Assembly: GCF_001194135.2 (NCBI RefSeq)
Contig: NC_068999.1
Coordinates: 31,203,719 to 31,267,718, forward strand
From: Octopus bimaculoides
Lineage: Eukaryota
Direction: 5' to 3'
Length of the DNA stretch: 64,000 nt
This document shows, piece by piece, positions 24,491 to 38,400 of the stretch; position 1 is the first letter of the stretch; each line of letters opens with the position of its first letter. The notes under the pieces are model-generated. The model searched no databases. It was given only the letters and a program-made list of their open reading frames with translations, and had not been told where the DNA came from. A program made the position numbers and the translations under genes.

Positions 24491-27029
24491 TGGTATATTT
24501 CCATTATGGTTTAGATATTTTGGTGATGATTCTTTTCCAAAATTGTGAAAATTGAGTGCAATGTTGTGCATAGTTTGTTCAAATTTTGACTAACCTTCTC
24601 TGTAGATTGTCTTCTCTGTTCCATTTCAGTTTCTTCTCGGGTGTGGTAATTTAATCCAACAGCTTTGTTAGAATAACTAGATTTGAGTTAATTTCTTTTA
24701 ATTCCTTCAATATGTCCTCGTTGGTAATTTTATCTAATGTGTTTATGGTAGGTTTCAGCAACATTTTCTGTTCCACATGTGGTAAATAGTAGTAACACAA
24801 ATGGAGGAATTTCGACTAACCCCACGTGGTGAGTTGTAATGCAAAAAAATATATATATTAAATAAAAGAAGGAAAGTGCACACACTTTACATAGATTTAA
24901 TATATTTTTTAAAATATATTTTTTATTGTGTTTGTATATCAGTTTTACTTTCGCTAACCATAAAGTCAGTAGATATACATGTGAGTGTGTGCATGATCTT
25001 GCCTCCTTGCTTTACCATTATGTGTTAGTTGCAAATGAGTGTCAGTGTCATATGAACAGTGTCATTCATTTCCAATATTCTACAAAATCATGTCTGGCCT
25101 TGGGAAAATATTACCTTGGTTGGGAATAGGTGCAAGTTGTAGAGAATCTGCCTCTGTGAGCTCCAACTGGCCCATGCAAGCAAGGAAAATAGATGTTAAA
25201 GTGATGATGATGAATATAAAGGGACTTATATATGAAACTGGCAATGCCTTTTGTTTGACACACTACTAATTTTGCTAAGTTTAAAGTAAGATTTGAGGCA
25301 ATTATCCATGAGCAACCCAGAAAACTCTCATCAACATAAATTTCAATGTTTTATTAGAAATATTCCTCTCTGTAATTTGATGTGTTAATAATTTGGATGT
25401 TCAAGTGAAAGTGTGACCCTGTTTCTGTATTTTGCATTTTTGGAAGAACAAATTACAAACCTGATCTGATTTGACATTTACTGGAAAAAAAATTAAAAAG
25501 CAAGACGGCTGTTTTCAAGATATTGTCTGGAAGAGAAGAAAAGAACTAAATTGATGGCCTAGCTGTCAAATTCTGCTGACTTGTAGGTTTCCTTGAGAAG
25601 ATTACCTACAATTAATTAATGGTCTGGATTGCTTTACATTACAATGATTTTATTTTTGTTGTCATCATCGTCCTTAACATCATCATTATTGTCATCATTA
25701 TCATCATCATCAAGGTTTTTTTTTTGTGTTTGTCTAAACAATTTATTTTGATGTCCATTGCTGGTAAAGTTGGAATGTTTCTAACCTTGAAATTAACCCA
25801 AATCTGAAAATCTGTCACTAATTATTGAATGATAGTCTACTAGTTAAATAGACATTTCTGATTTATGTAGTGATGGTGGTGAGAGTGGTGATGATAGCTG
25901 GTTGTGACAGTGGTGGTGGGATGGCCATAACAGTGGTAAGCATCATCATCCATTGGATCAACTTTACTGTCAATTATTTAGAGTAAGTGGTGACTATCAG
26001 GCCTCTCTGACCAAAACTTATGGCAGAAATTGAACTCAGTACTGTCATCTAGTAAATTTTAGAAGTTTCTTTCTTGCAGCTTAGTCATGTAACTACATGG
26101 TATCTACTTGTAGCTAAGTATACTAGGCTACTGAAAGTAACATCCTTTTAACAGTAAGGCACTGTTCTTGAGATTTGAACTAGTGATCCTTGAACTCATG
26201 GATTGCCATACTTTTGACCCCACCAGCTAGAATATTTTTCTGTTGTGTAAGAGAATCAAGATGTGATATTTTTGTCTTTCTCAAGATGTGAAATGGCTCC
26301 AGCTGAGCAACAACTAATAGACTATGAAATTTGCAACAAGAAATTTTATAATCCTTCCTGAATATTTACTTGGCTACTTCTGTACTGTACATTTATTTAT
26401 GTAATGAAGGCCATAACAACTCAATAACAATGATCACCATTGTGATTTAGTTAAATGTGATGTCAACTTTTGATATATCTATTTTATTTTTCAGACTTTG
26501 AAAAATTTTCCTATCATTGCACAGTTTCTTCTTTGTCTCATCTGCAGCTACTACAATAACCTCCATCTCTCAGAACTAGTTAGCTATATGCCCTTGCATA
26601 TAACTCACCCACCCAACTCACACATTTTTTCCCTTTACCATTGGATCTTGTACTAAGTTCTTTGTCCAATCCTTCCACTCTACACTACAACCCACTGGAA
26701 TCTTACCACCATCACTGAATAGTCATCATTCAATTCGACCATGAATCACATCAGTCTCACTAGTCTGGGAGAGATTGCAATGAATATGAGCGTTGATCCT
26801 TTACTTCTAACTAAATTGGACGGTCAACTAAATCTATTGTCATTGAGTGACTTCAGTTGTTCCAGTATGTTACAAGTAATTATCAGGTTACACTTGAACT
26901 TGAACTTGTGATACTCTATTTCCTCTTGCAGCATTAGTGATAGTATCTTCCCTCCACACCACCAAATAAAAATGCCAATGATGCCTGCCTTTATTTATCT
27001 CACTAAGTCTTAAAAATCCAATCAATAAA

Positions 27030-27245
27030 CCACTCAAGTGGTTATTGTGAGATTAAGTTCATTTCACAACTATGACACATAGTGTGGATCTATGACAATG
27101 ACTTCTACCTTAGCATATGGCTAAAGCCTTAAGAGGGAAATTTGGTAGATGAGAACTGAGTGGAAGCTGACAGAGAGGTGATTCCTCTTGAGTGACAGAC
27201 TTAATCCATCACCCAATTTAACATCACCAGGTGCCTTTAGTAGAG
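27030..27245 (+). mobile_element. SINE family A, highly degenerate
   Basis: Partial match (ctaaagcctt...ggaaatttggtagatgagaactga) to family A. Confidence 0.4.
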
Positions 27246-27837
27246 TCTGCTTTGTTATAGTCTCTAATCAGGAGATAACTTTCTCTCCCTCACTATCTAT
27301 GTATCTCCTTTCCTCTCTTCCTCCTTCCACTAGTTTTAGAAACTTTGAGCTGCCATTTTCCTTCTCATCAAAACCATAATAAAAATTTAAATGATTTGAA
27401 ATCAAGAAACTCTCATTTTCCTTAACATAAGCAATTATATTTTTAATTCTGTCATTAATTCATTATTTTCTTTTCATTAAAATGTGTCTCATTTACTTTA
27501 TTCCAAATGTCCAATTTTCTCACTAATCCCACCTTATACTGCCATAATTAATGGGCAGTATACCTGACTGCTGTACATAAAAACTGGTTGAAATAATTTA
27601 CTTTGCTTTAAAATGAAAAATGTTGTTCTTTTATTATTTGTCTTTTCAGACATTAGCAGCTTAGCTTGGATGTCACTCTAAATATTATATAATATTCAGC
27701 GGTGGTTTCATGCACACATTTATTAACTAACTTAAATATTGATTATTTGTATAAATATAATGCTAATTACTAGATATGAATGTCTATTATTTTGGTGTAA
27801 AGTTCTGTTTCATTATTATTGTTGTTGTCACATTGCG

Positions 27838-27869
<32 letters not shown>

Positions 27870-29549
27870 TGTTATTATTAACAATTGTACACTTTCCTCA
27901 GCAACCTTATGTTCATTTCACTTCAAAATGAAACCATAGTTATAACATTACTAAATTAAATTTTCTTTGGAGTACATTATAGAACGAATAATAATTACTT
28001 GAGTAAGAAAAGCTTGATTAAAACAGAGATTTGTTTTCATAGACATTTTCTACATGCATGGTATTTCCATTTTCAAAACTATCCACTCAACACAAATACA
28101 GTACATGACAAGACACCCCAACAACAAATAGAAATAAAAACATTGAGACAAAATTCACTCAACTGAATGAACAAAAGGAAGAAAATGAATGGACATTGAA
28201 ATGGAAACTTAATATTCCAAAACAGTCTAACAGGTAGTGTTGACATTTATACAGTCAAACGATTTAAATTGTTCGTGTACTAACTGTATTAAACCTAATT
28301 GTACTCCAATTAAGGAAAAAAGTAGTTGGGAGGATTTTGTAAAACCCAGTGATGCTTCTTAGTTGTAGAACCTAAAAGAGCAAAGGAAAATAACAATATA
28401 TTGATGCTTTAGGAAAAATTGTTCTTGACGGAATCTATGTTCTTAACAAGAAATGCACTTGGTGATATCTTAGAAGAATTCTTTGCAAGTGCAACTGGAA
28501 AAGATTGTGGCACATTCTACTGTACTTTCAAATCTATGACAGCCAAATGACAGGTTGAAGTTACTAAAAATTCTTCTGCTTATAACTTTGTACCCTAGCA
28601 TATGATGAAAAGAAATACAAGAATGAAGATAAAAGGGACATCAGAAATGATGTGGATCCACGGCTCATTGTCACTTTCATATCATATTTTGGGCGAGCAT
28701 TTAAGAAAGGATAATTTGAGGTGACTTGTGAACAGGAACTGTCAAAATGAAAATACTAGTTTTAACGACTATTGAAGGACACAGAGCCATTCTGGAATTA
28801 TGTCCAGTTGAGAGCACTGAGACAAAAGGCATGAAATTGATTATAGCGAGCAAAATTCCTAAATACTAAATTTGTCTTAGTAAGAACCACTTCAGAGCTT
28901 CTTGCTCTGATAAACTAAAAAGACTATAAAGACAAGCAAAAGCAAGAAGCTTCACTTTCTTGATCAACATCAGTCTATTGAGAAATCCCTTTATGTGATG
29001 ATGAAGAAATAATGACTGCAGAGGAAAATATACAAATAATCAAACAAAATACAGAAGGAAACAAAGAAAAAAGTCTCAAGAAAAAGAAAAGTCATCATAA
29101 AAAAACTAAAATGGGTGAGAAAAAACAATTCCACAAAACAACAATGACGAGAACAAAGAACTTAGATTCACCACCTTCAAAAATCAGACATGATATTGAT
29201 AAAAATCACACATATTTGATGCCACTGAAGTAAAAATAACACAAGCAGTTAAATTTGAAATATAGGCTATTTACAAAGTTAGATTATTAGTAAAAGCAAA
29301 ATTAAAACACTATAACATCCATTTATGTATTGCATTACTTACATTCCTCCACTTGTCTTGTTACAACTTATTTGCTACTACTCCAAACTCTTTTTTTCTT
29401 TTTTGTAAATACCCTGGCTGATGTCTCTTCATATTTTTATGAATATTTTTGAGCCATTCTAGCTCATTAAGGAAAGACTGCTACTCCCACTGCTACTGCT
29501 GCTTTTTAGTACTTAATAAAAATCAAGTGCTTCCACACACTACCAAATC

Positions 29550-29990
29550 AGATTCGTGAACCTTGGATATCAGCAGTGGTTTTGTATTTTCTAATGTACA
29601 GAAAAGATTCTGCATGACATGTATAATACTTTGTAGTAATATCTACTGTGGGTTGTGTAGATTTGTAAGTTCTGGGTGTTTAATTGATGTTTTTATTTGC
29701 TGTTTTCCTGGAATTCCCAAAGCACTTATCGGAATTGTTTCTGATTTCAGTTCCTGTATCAGTTTTAAATCCTACACTTCTCAATCATTACAGTGAATTT
29801 TCTTTGTTTATTCCCATCCTGTTCATCTTTACTTTTTCAGGTTTTGGCATGTTATTTCTCCTTTTTTATCATAACTACTTCTCATAGCTTCTGTTTCATA
29901 TTTGTTGGCTTCACTGAAGACAGAAAACAGTTCTTTGTTTTGTTCACAAAATATTTTTGTAACCCTACAGTGGATACCACTTTTATAATA
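29550..29990 (-). mobile_element. R4/Dong-like LINE, C-terminal relic
   Basis: SETIPISALGIPGK...HPELTNLHNPQ*ILLQSIIHVMQ resembles an R4-type C-terminus. Confidence 0.45.
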
Positions 29991-30096
29991 GATGCCTGGT
30001 ATTGATGTTATCTCTTTTGATTAGTATATACATACCAACACATACATACACATATGTTTATATGTGTGTATGTATGTGTAAGTATGTATATATATA

Positions 30097-32292
30097 AAGC
30101 AACTAAGGATATGAAGACAGGGAAAGTCCCCGGCTCATCAGGAATCACCACTGAGATACTTAAAATATCTGGTAGTGTGGGTTATGGTCTAGTCACTCGT
30201 ATTGTAAATCAGGCAGTACCATGAAGAAGTCATACCCAATGACTGGTGTAGCAGCACCATATTCAACTGCTACAAAGGAAAAGGTGATGCCTTAAATAGA
30301 AATAATTACAGAGGTATCAAATTGTTGGATCAGGTGATGAAAGTTGCGAAGAGAGTCATAGCCCAACTAGTTAGGGAGAAAGTTAGTCTAGATGAGATGC
30401 AGTTTGGTTTTGTGCTAGGTAGAAGCATCACTGATGCTATATTTCTGGTAAGGCAACTGCAGGAGAAATTGTACTTGGCTTTTGTTGACATGGAGGAAGC
30501 TTTTGACAGAGTACCCATGTCCTTTATTTGGTGGTCAATGCAGAAACTAGGGATAGATGAATAATTGGTGAGAGCCGTACAAGCCATGTACAGGGAGGCT
30601 ATTAGTAAGATGAGGGTGGGCAATGAGTACAGCGAAAAGTTCAGGGTACAAATAGGGATTCACCAAGGATCATTGCTCAGCTCCCTCTTGTTCATCATAG
30701 TCCTCCAGGAATACAAGACACGCTACCCCTGGGAGCTCCTCTATACTGATGACCTCACTCTTATAACTGAATCACTATGAGAACTAGAGAAGAAGTTCCA
30801 GGTATGGAAGCAAGGTTTAGACTCAAAGGGCCTCAGAATTAACCTTGCAAAAACCAAAGTCATAGTAAGTAAGAAGGCAGACAAATAACAAATCCCTTCA
30901 GGTAGATGGCCCTGCTCAGTCTGTAGAAAAAGTGTAAGTAGAAACTCAATAAGATGAACCCAGTGTAAGCTTTGTTCACATAAAAGGTGCAGCAACATCA
31001 GTGGAAGGTTGACAGAGAAACTAACTTTTGTATGTGGAAGGTGCACAGGTACAATAAACACTGAAAATGTGCAGAAAATAGACTCTATCAACTTCCAGTG
31101 GGGGCAAGCTAGAGGTAGTAGATAGCTTCTATTATCTAGGAGACCAAATTAGTAGTGGAGGTGGATGCTCCAAAAACATAGCTGTGAGAATAAGATTAGG
31201 CTGGGCAAAGTTCAGAGAGCTCCTACCCCTGCTGGTAACAAAGGGCCTTTATCTCAGAGTGAAAGGCAGATTGTTTGATGTCTGTGTGCAAACAGCTATG
31301 ATGCATGGCAGTGAAACATGGGCTGTGACAGCCAAGGACATGCGTAAGCTTGAAAGAAATGATGCCAGTATGCTTCGCTGGATGTGCATTGTCAGTGTAC
31401 ATGTTCAACAGAGTGTAAGCATCTTGAGAGAAAAGTTAAGCATAAGAGGAATCAGATGTGGTGTGCAAGAAAGATAACTGTGCTGGTATGGTCATGTGAT
31501 GCATATGAATGAGGACAGCTGTGTAAAGAAGTGTTGATCTGTGGAGGGAGCCTGTGGTAGAGGTAGACCCTGGAAGACATGGTACGAGGTGGGGAAGCTT
31601 GATTTTCAAACTTTGAGCCTCACAGAGGCAATGACTGGTAACTGAAACCCTTGGCGATGTGCTATGCTTGAGAAATCCCATCAAGCTGAGTGCACCTGTG
31701 CTGGTGGCACATAAAGAACATCTTTTGAATGTTGGGCCTCACAGAGGCGAAGTGGCTGAGTTCCTCTTAAGTATTGGGCCTGACGGTGGCAAAGTGGTTG
31801 AGTTCCTTTTGAGTATTAGGCATCATGGNNNNNNNNNNGCCTGACGGTGGCAAAGTGGTTGAGTTCCTTTTGAGTATTAGGCATCATGGAAGCAAAGTGG
31901 CTGAGTTCCTTTCGAGTGTTGGGCATCATGGAAGCAAAGTGGCTGAGTTCCTTTCAAGTGTTAGGCCTCATAAAGGCAATGACCAAGACCTTTGGCATCA
32001 TGTCATGCTTGGGAAGAAGCTCCATCACACAGAGCAAAATCACAGCTGTGGCAGATATCGGTGTCACGCAAATGGCACCCTTGCCAGTGGCATGTAAACG
32101 CACCCATGTGTCATGCAAATGGCACCTGTGCCGGTGGCACATAAAAGCACCCATTATACTCTTGGAGTGGTTGGTTTTGGAAGGGCATCCAGCTGTAGGA
32201 AACCATGCGAAATCAGACTGGGGTCTGGTGCAGCATGCCAGCGCAGTCAAACCATCCTAGCATGGACAACAGACGTTAAATGATGATGATGA
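30097..32292 (+). mobile_element. RTE-clade LINE, 5'-truncated (RT to 3' tail)
   Basis: YRGIKLLDQVMK, MQFGFV, FVDMEEAFDRVP, HQGSLLS, LLYTDDL and HGSETW motifs, a tandem-repeat 3' UTR and a (TGA)n tail. Confidence 0.93.
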
Positions 32293-32330
32293 TATACATA
32301 TATATTTATATGTACATAAGGACATATGTA

Positions 32331-32391
<61 letters not shown>

Positions 32392-32689
32392 ATATACATG
32401 TAGGTATGTAAGCACATATGTATATGTGCATGTATATATGTTTACATACGTATATGTGTGTGTGTGTGCATGCACACACACAAGGTAGAGAAGAAGCAAT
32501 GAAGTAGGTAGCACTGAAAATTGTGTTAAGTCATCTCAACTTTGGCCTTATATTAAATTGTTAAACTTATTAGAAATTGTGATGATGAGAGGATAAGAAT
32601 TTGAAAGATGACTATTTGATGTTGAAAGCAGAACACTGACTAATGAATGAAAACTGAAAAGATTCAATGGAAATACATTTTGGATCAAT

Positions 32690-32940
32690 ATTAAATGAAG
32701 ATGTGTAGGGCAGAATCAAAGACATATTTGTGGATTCAACAACAGGTTTCACAAGTTAAGAATCAACTGACAGCGTAATCATCAAAGATAAACCTTTAGA
32801 AAGTTTTGAAACTGTGCTTTGAAACTGAACAATGATATCCTTGGATTACTGGCTGGAAATATCACTGTATGTGAAAGTGTCAGCACTGTGGTAGCCAACA
32901 AACACATCACAATGGATTTCCAACTGAATTTAAAAAAAAA
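32690..32940 (+). mobile_element. Helitron PIF1-like helicase relic
   Basis: KLNNDILGLLAGNITVCESVSTVV resembles the Helitron helicase segment that precedes the YPxEFLN motif. Confidence 0.45.
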
Positions 32941-34099
32941 CATCTTCATCAAGATTTTCATGTTTTGAAACCAAAATTTGGTATGATTGTTTTGATATTT
33001 TAGATTTCTGATATGAGAATAGCACTGTTTAATGAGAACAGAAGTAAAAAATCTCTTTCTGTTCTCTATCTTAAAAAAAAAATACTAGATGAGGCTTACA
33101 TCTCAAGACTGAATTTAAAACTTAGTGATACTTTCTTTTCCTTCATAGATGTCAATCTCATGTTACGCTAGCATTCACAACGGCCATTAAAGATCATTAA
33201 GTTAGTCATTCACACCTAATGGAGTATATCTGCTGCCTGCCATCATTTCTCACACAAAAAAACACTCAGTATAACTTGAAATCTTTAAAAATGCATGCAG
33301 AAAATAAATATGACCATGGAAATTTTTTAAGATTTCCACTGAAAATGTAGTAACAAAAGAATTATCAAATTAAATATTGATACAATCCTTCTGTTCAGTA
33401 TCTTTCTGAGATGATTTTTCTGCAATTGGATAAATTTTCAGTGAGGGTAATATTAAAGCAAATATTAAATTGAAAAAATACTTTTTTTAAGATTGTTCAG
33501 CGCATAGTCTATTATGACAAGTAAATATCAGTATCCAATATATATTCAATTTTCTATATTTTAGCTATGACATTTCCATTACATTTAAGTAAAGCAAAGA
33601 TAATTGCTGTCATTATAGAAGATACTGGTACATAAGTTTTATACTAGTTTTTTTTTTTAGGTGCATAAGACTCTCATGGCAAATATATTTCTAACAATGT
33701 CATTATTATGTTTTATTTTTTCCAATGTCTTTCTAGTTTCTCTCATTTCTTTAACTTCTATTTGAGAATATTGCAAATGTAACTTATTGCTGAGGCAACT
33801 AGAGTACTGATGCATATAATTTTATTTTTGCATTTAATTCTATTTTAAGTATCAATTTACATCTATGATATTTTTTCTGAACTTTTTAATTTGTGTATGT
33901 AATACAATATCTTGTTCATTGATTCTTAAATATTTGTCCATGTTTTCCACTATTTTCATATCTCTATCTTTTTTATTTAACATGTTTTAAGTGCTCTTCA
34001 TTAATTTTTTTTCTTCAGGGTTTCTTTAATCCTTTTTTCTAAGCCAAATATCTTATCAATTCCTCTTATAATTCCATTCTTCATCTGCAACAGTGTTTC

Positions 34100-34900
34100 T
34101 TGTTTGTTTACCATCTGCAGTGTACAAACGAAGCTCCATTTGGTTTAACATGTTAAACAGTGGATGAAAAACAACCTGTTTCCAGAAAAGCAGAAAAGAT
34201 ACTGAAACTGCTCTTATAGTTGTAAAGATCAATCACTGATGAATAAATCATCAATCAAAGATTGTAAAAGGGAAAAGAAGAGTTTGATTATGGGTTAACG
34301 TGAAGGGGAGATGTATTGTTTCCTTGAAATATTCCTCTTTTAATAGGGATAGATTTAGTTTCTTAGTTACCCTTTTCCTTGTAACAACAGAATTATTTGA
34401 CAGTTACTATGACACGCTTAATGTATCTGATTATTATTGGTGCTACTTTACATATGATTAATGTTTCCAGGATCTGTGTGTGAGAAATGCTATCAAAAAC
34501 CTTTCGTTAGTCAGTCCATGCTATTCTCAAACTCTTCTTTTCTCTTTAATAGTCTTTGATTGATGATTTATTCATCAGTGATTGATCTTTACAACTAGTT
34601 TTTCTTTACAACTAGTTTTTCTTTACAACTAGTTTTTCTAGATGTTTTATTACTCTCTATGATATTATTGCTGTTAAGATTTTGTACATTCTAGAAAGGC
34701 ATGTTATAGCTTTGTAGTTTTGGAAGCTTGCAGCCTCTGTAGTATTGGGTTGCAAGATGGAAATTTTTCCTTCATCAAACCATTTTCTGTAGATTCTGTA
34801 TCTTATGAAGCACTTTTACTAGCACCTTATATGTCCCTGTTAAATATTTCAACCAGGAATTTGGGCTTTAATTGGGCTTGTGTCTTCAACTGAAATATAA
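34100..34900 (-). mobile_element. R4/Dong-like LINE RT fragment with an inverted partial duplicate
   Basis: Minus strand reads MYKILTAIIS, CKDQSLMNK, AWTD*RKVFDSISH and IPIKRGIFQG. Plus-strand 34100-34295 repeats NNLFPEKQK...CKDQSLMNK. Confidence 0.75.
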
Positions 34901-35164
34901 ATTAGTGAGAGAAATCTTGCTCAGTGAGTCTCCATGTAGTGGACAAACAAATGACTTCTGGTTATGGGGGTTTGAGGTGAATATGAAAATAAACTTTCCT
35001 GGACTAAACATGGGCTGCTTTTTGTAAGTCAAAGTGCCCAACATTCACCAAGCCCAGGGGTTACAGGTGAACCCATGGGAAGCAGCACAGTGGATGTGCA
35101 GTCTCAGGAAAAATATTATTTGCTGTTTAACAATGATACACATACTTGGCTGGGTAGAAGAAAC

Positions 35165-35437
35165 TTTGTCAGGTCATTGGCCAAAATCACTAAGTTTACT
35201 AAGGGTATTACTGCTAATATTTTAAAATCTGGCAGAATTGTTAGCATGCCAGGCAAAATGCTGCTAAACATTTTGTTGATAATTACATTCTGAGTTCAAA
35301 ATTCTGCTGAGGTCGACTTAGTCTTTCATCCTTTTGGGATAAATCAAATAAATACCAGTTGAGCACTGGGGCTTATATATTTAACGTATCCCCTTCCCCA
35401 AAATTACTGGTCTTGTGTCAAAATTTGAGACCAATAT
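35165..35437 (-). repeat. Repeat family B
   Basis: Reverse-complement match to 3595-3812. Confidence 0.75.
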
Positions 35438-38400
35438 TTTTTAACCTGGCAGATATGGACGTTATTAACCAATGAAAGATTTGAATGATTTAATCTGAAC
35501 TAGTTCAACCAGAGAGTATTTTCAAGCTACTTGTCACTTGTTGTGCCTGGGCTACATCTTGTGTTAATATGGTGTCCCATCATTGCTCAAGTGCTGTGTT
35601 CATTGCTTTGAAGGATCACAACTGCAGTGCTTCTATTGTTGTTCCTACTCCTTCTCAGAATTTAAAAAAATTCTCTTACTGTAGAGGCTGTATTTATTCC
35701 TATGTTATTTTTACCTACTACTTAATATAATCGATTAATGTTATAATTGAACTTGTTCATTTGTTCAAAGAAATGCTATCCCTTTTCTACTGCATTTACT
35801 GAGACTTTCCTCAGGATTCATTTGATAAATAATATTAGTACAAAACAGAACTGTTGAAATGAAATCTTAATTCATTATCTAAATCTGAAATACAAAACAT
35901 TATGACTGCTGCATAATTTGTAATTTTTATAGATTTATTTATTTTGATTTTCTATGTGGGATCAAATAAGGAATTTTCAACTCTGTTATGAGAATAAAAC
36001 AATTAAAAAGGTAATAATTTAATAGTAAATGAAGTTTCCTTCACCGTACATATTCTGATTTAATTTCATGGTATATTTCAATAATTATATATTTGAGATA
36101 GACAAGTGATTAGTGGTGGAACATTAACAATTCAACTTCTGGCTCACCAAATAAATAAAACTCAGAATTTTAGTCATCAACAATTCTTCAATTGTGCTAT
36201 AAATCTACAAGCTTGATTGATAGCTTCATCTTGTAAGGATGATTATTAATATTATTATCATCATGTTTTACTTTCCTTCTTTTTCTACATTATTTCAAGC
36301 AACAGATTCTTCAACACTCTGCAAACAGCATATTTCAAATTTCTCAGAAACCCAATATTGATCTATTTTCCGCTTCTTCAGTAAAATACATCTTATTAGA
36401 TGAAAAACAATAGACCTTGTATAAAAAAAAATACATCATAAAATGAATTATGAGTATAATTAATAAAATCATTTATATTCTTATCTCTTAGAAATTTTAA
36501 GCAAACATGAAATGACATTTAAAATGTCTACTCACTCATTAAAATACATTAAATATCTTTTCTGTAAAGCAAATTAAATGGCTTTAATTTCAAAGCTCTA
36601 AAACGATCGAAAAAATTGAAAAACAAAAGAAAAACTGTAAGACATTTTTTATTTCTGAACCAACTTCTTATTTTATTCAATTTTGGAAGCATACAAAGCA
36701 AATATAAGGGAGATCTACAAATATAGCCACTCCACATTACCTCTGCTAATGTAAGGCAACAAAAACAAACAAATGCAACTATTTTCACAACTTTTCATTG
36801 CTATCATCAAATATTTGAACTTCATCATTCATGTACAATGATTTTCACCAACAATCAAAATGGCTTTACAAAGTAGTTTTGACATTTTTGTTTATACTTT
36901 TTAATAATTCATTTTTATTTTTGTTTCTTTTTCTCTGTTGTAAATCTAAAAGGTATTTTAATTGCTTTGTAATAGAAAGATAAACACTGTAGAATTTTTA
37001 AAATTAATTAAAGAAGGAAATAAGAGTGAGAGAAATACTAAATAAAACAGGTGTGGAGTAGTTTGGAATCGATAGAGTTAAAAAGATAATTTCTATACAT
37101 GTTTTATTAAGGCAGCTCCAAATATGGAGAAAGAGATTGTCAGTTAGAACTGTTAAAAATTACAGATTAACAGCCATGTTGGCTACTTATCTGGATTCTG
37201 CAATAGAAAATGATGTAGAAAGGTTGAGAATAGATTCTATGAGTAAATCTTGTAAAACTTAATAAACCCATTTTTTTAGTTTGATAATTTACCATTTGAA
37301 GAAATATAGTTGTAAAATATCGCCTTAAATTTTTTTAATTTAATTTTTTTTTATCTCATTTTCTCTCATTTTTTTAAAATTCAAATATGTGAATATTTTC
37401 AAAGCTATAAAAGAAGAAAAATATTTCAAGATTGGATATATAGTTCAGGAAAAAGAGTTCATGTTTTCTTTTGTAGAAATTTTTTTATAAGCAAAGAATA
37501 AAATTATTTGATGTGAATGAAATGATGGAATAAAGATCCTTTTTAGAGGTATGAGTATAAAGTTTAGGGATGTTCCATTTGTAGAATCTGTTAAAAAAAC
37601 TGGTTTAAACCACTCATTTCCAGTAAGTTGGGATTATTTTATAAAGTTTGACCAAAGTTAAATAAGAACAATACACAATGGCAGCAGCAACATTATCAAC
37701 AATAGTAGTGCTAGCAACAATAAGAACAGCACAAAATCTTCCTCATAAATATAAGTATTCCTCTTCTAAAAAAATGTTACTCTGAGTCAAATACTAGTTT
37801 ACTCTATCAAGTGAGGTAACCTCTACTAAAGGCTTAATACTGTGTCAAAATATAATGCTAGGGTGTCCTTTGGGAAAAGCAAAAGTACTCTTTATTTCTG
37901 CTAAAGAAAAATTGTAATTCTTACCTTATCTGCTACAAAGAGTACTCTAAACTGGAATAGTTCTCTTTAATAAAGCAAACACAAAGCTACTGCTTAAGAA
38001 GATATTTACTCTTTGCTTTAAAGAATAAATAAATATATAAATCAGGGAAAAGACAACTTGAAAAATGAGGAGAAAAGAAATGGATATATTGATATGTAAA
38101 GAACTAAAATTGAATGATAAGACAGATTCTTTACATATAATCAAAGATTATAGTAAGCTACTACAAGCTGGGTGACCCATAAGTAACTTAAGTAAGATAT
38201 AAACCCACATTTACCCTTTACAATAGGGGTAACACAAAATATCTTGTCACCTGCATACAGTATATAACAGGAAACATGGAATAAACTACAATGACATCCC
38301 CTAAACAATGCATCTGCTACAGAAAGGGATTTTGTGGTCAAATATTGTTGGTCCTTATAAAGAAATAGACATCAACTCATTTAGCCCTTTGTCATTGAGA

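Noticed and set aside
25450-25610. Minus-strand acceptor-like sites with short open frames (GNLLKETYKSAEFDS*)
   Set aside because: No compatible partner exon; expected by chance in AT-rich DNA.
34230-34250. CTGATGA hammerhead box inside the inverted repeat
   Set aside because: It is part of the RT coding sequence (SLMNK), and no helix I can be formed.
36549-36788. ORF with a signal-peptide-like start (MKIVAFVCFCCLTLAE)
   Set aside because: It starts at GTG, and the hydrophobic run is a T-rich tract; there is no other support for coding.
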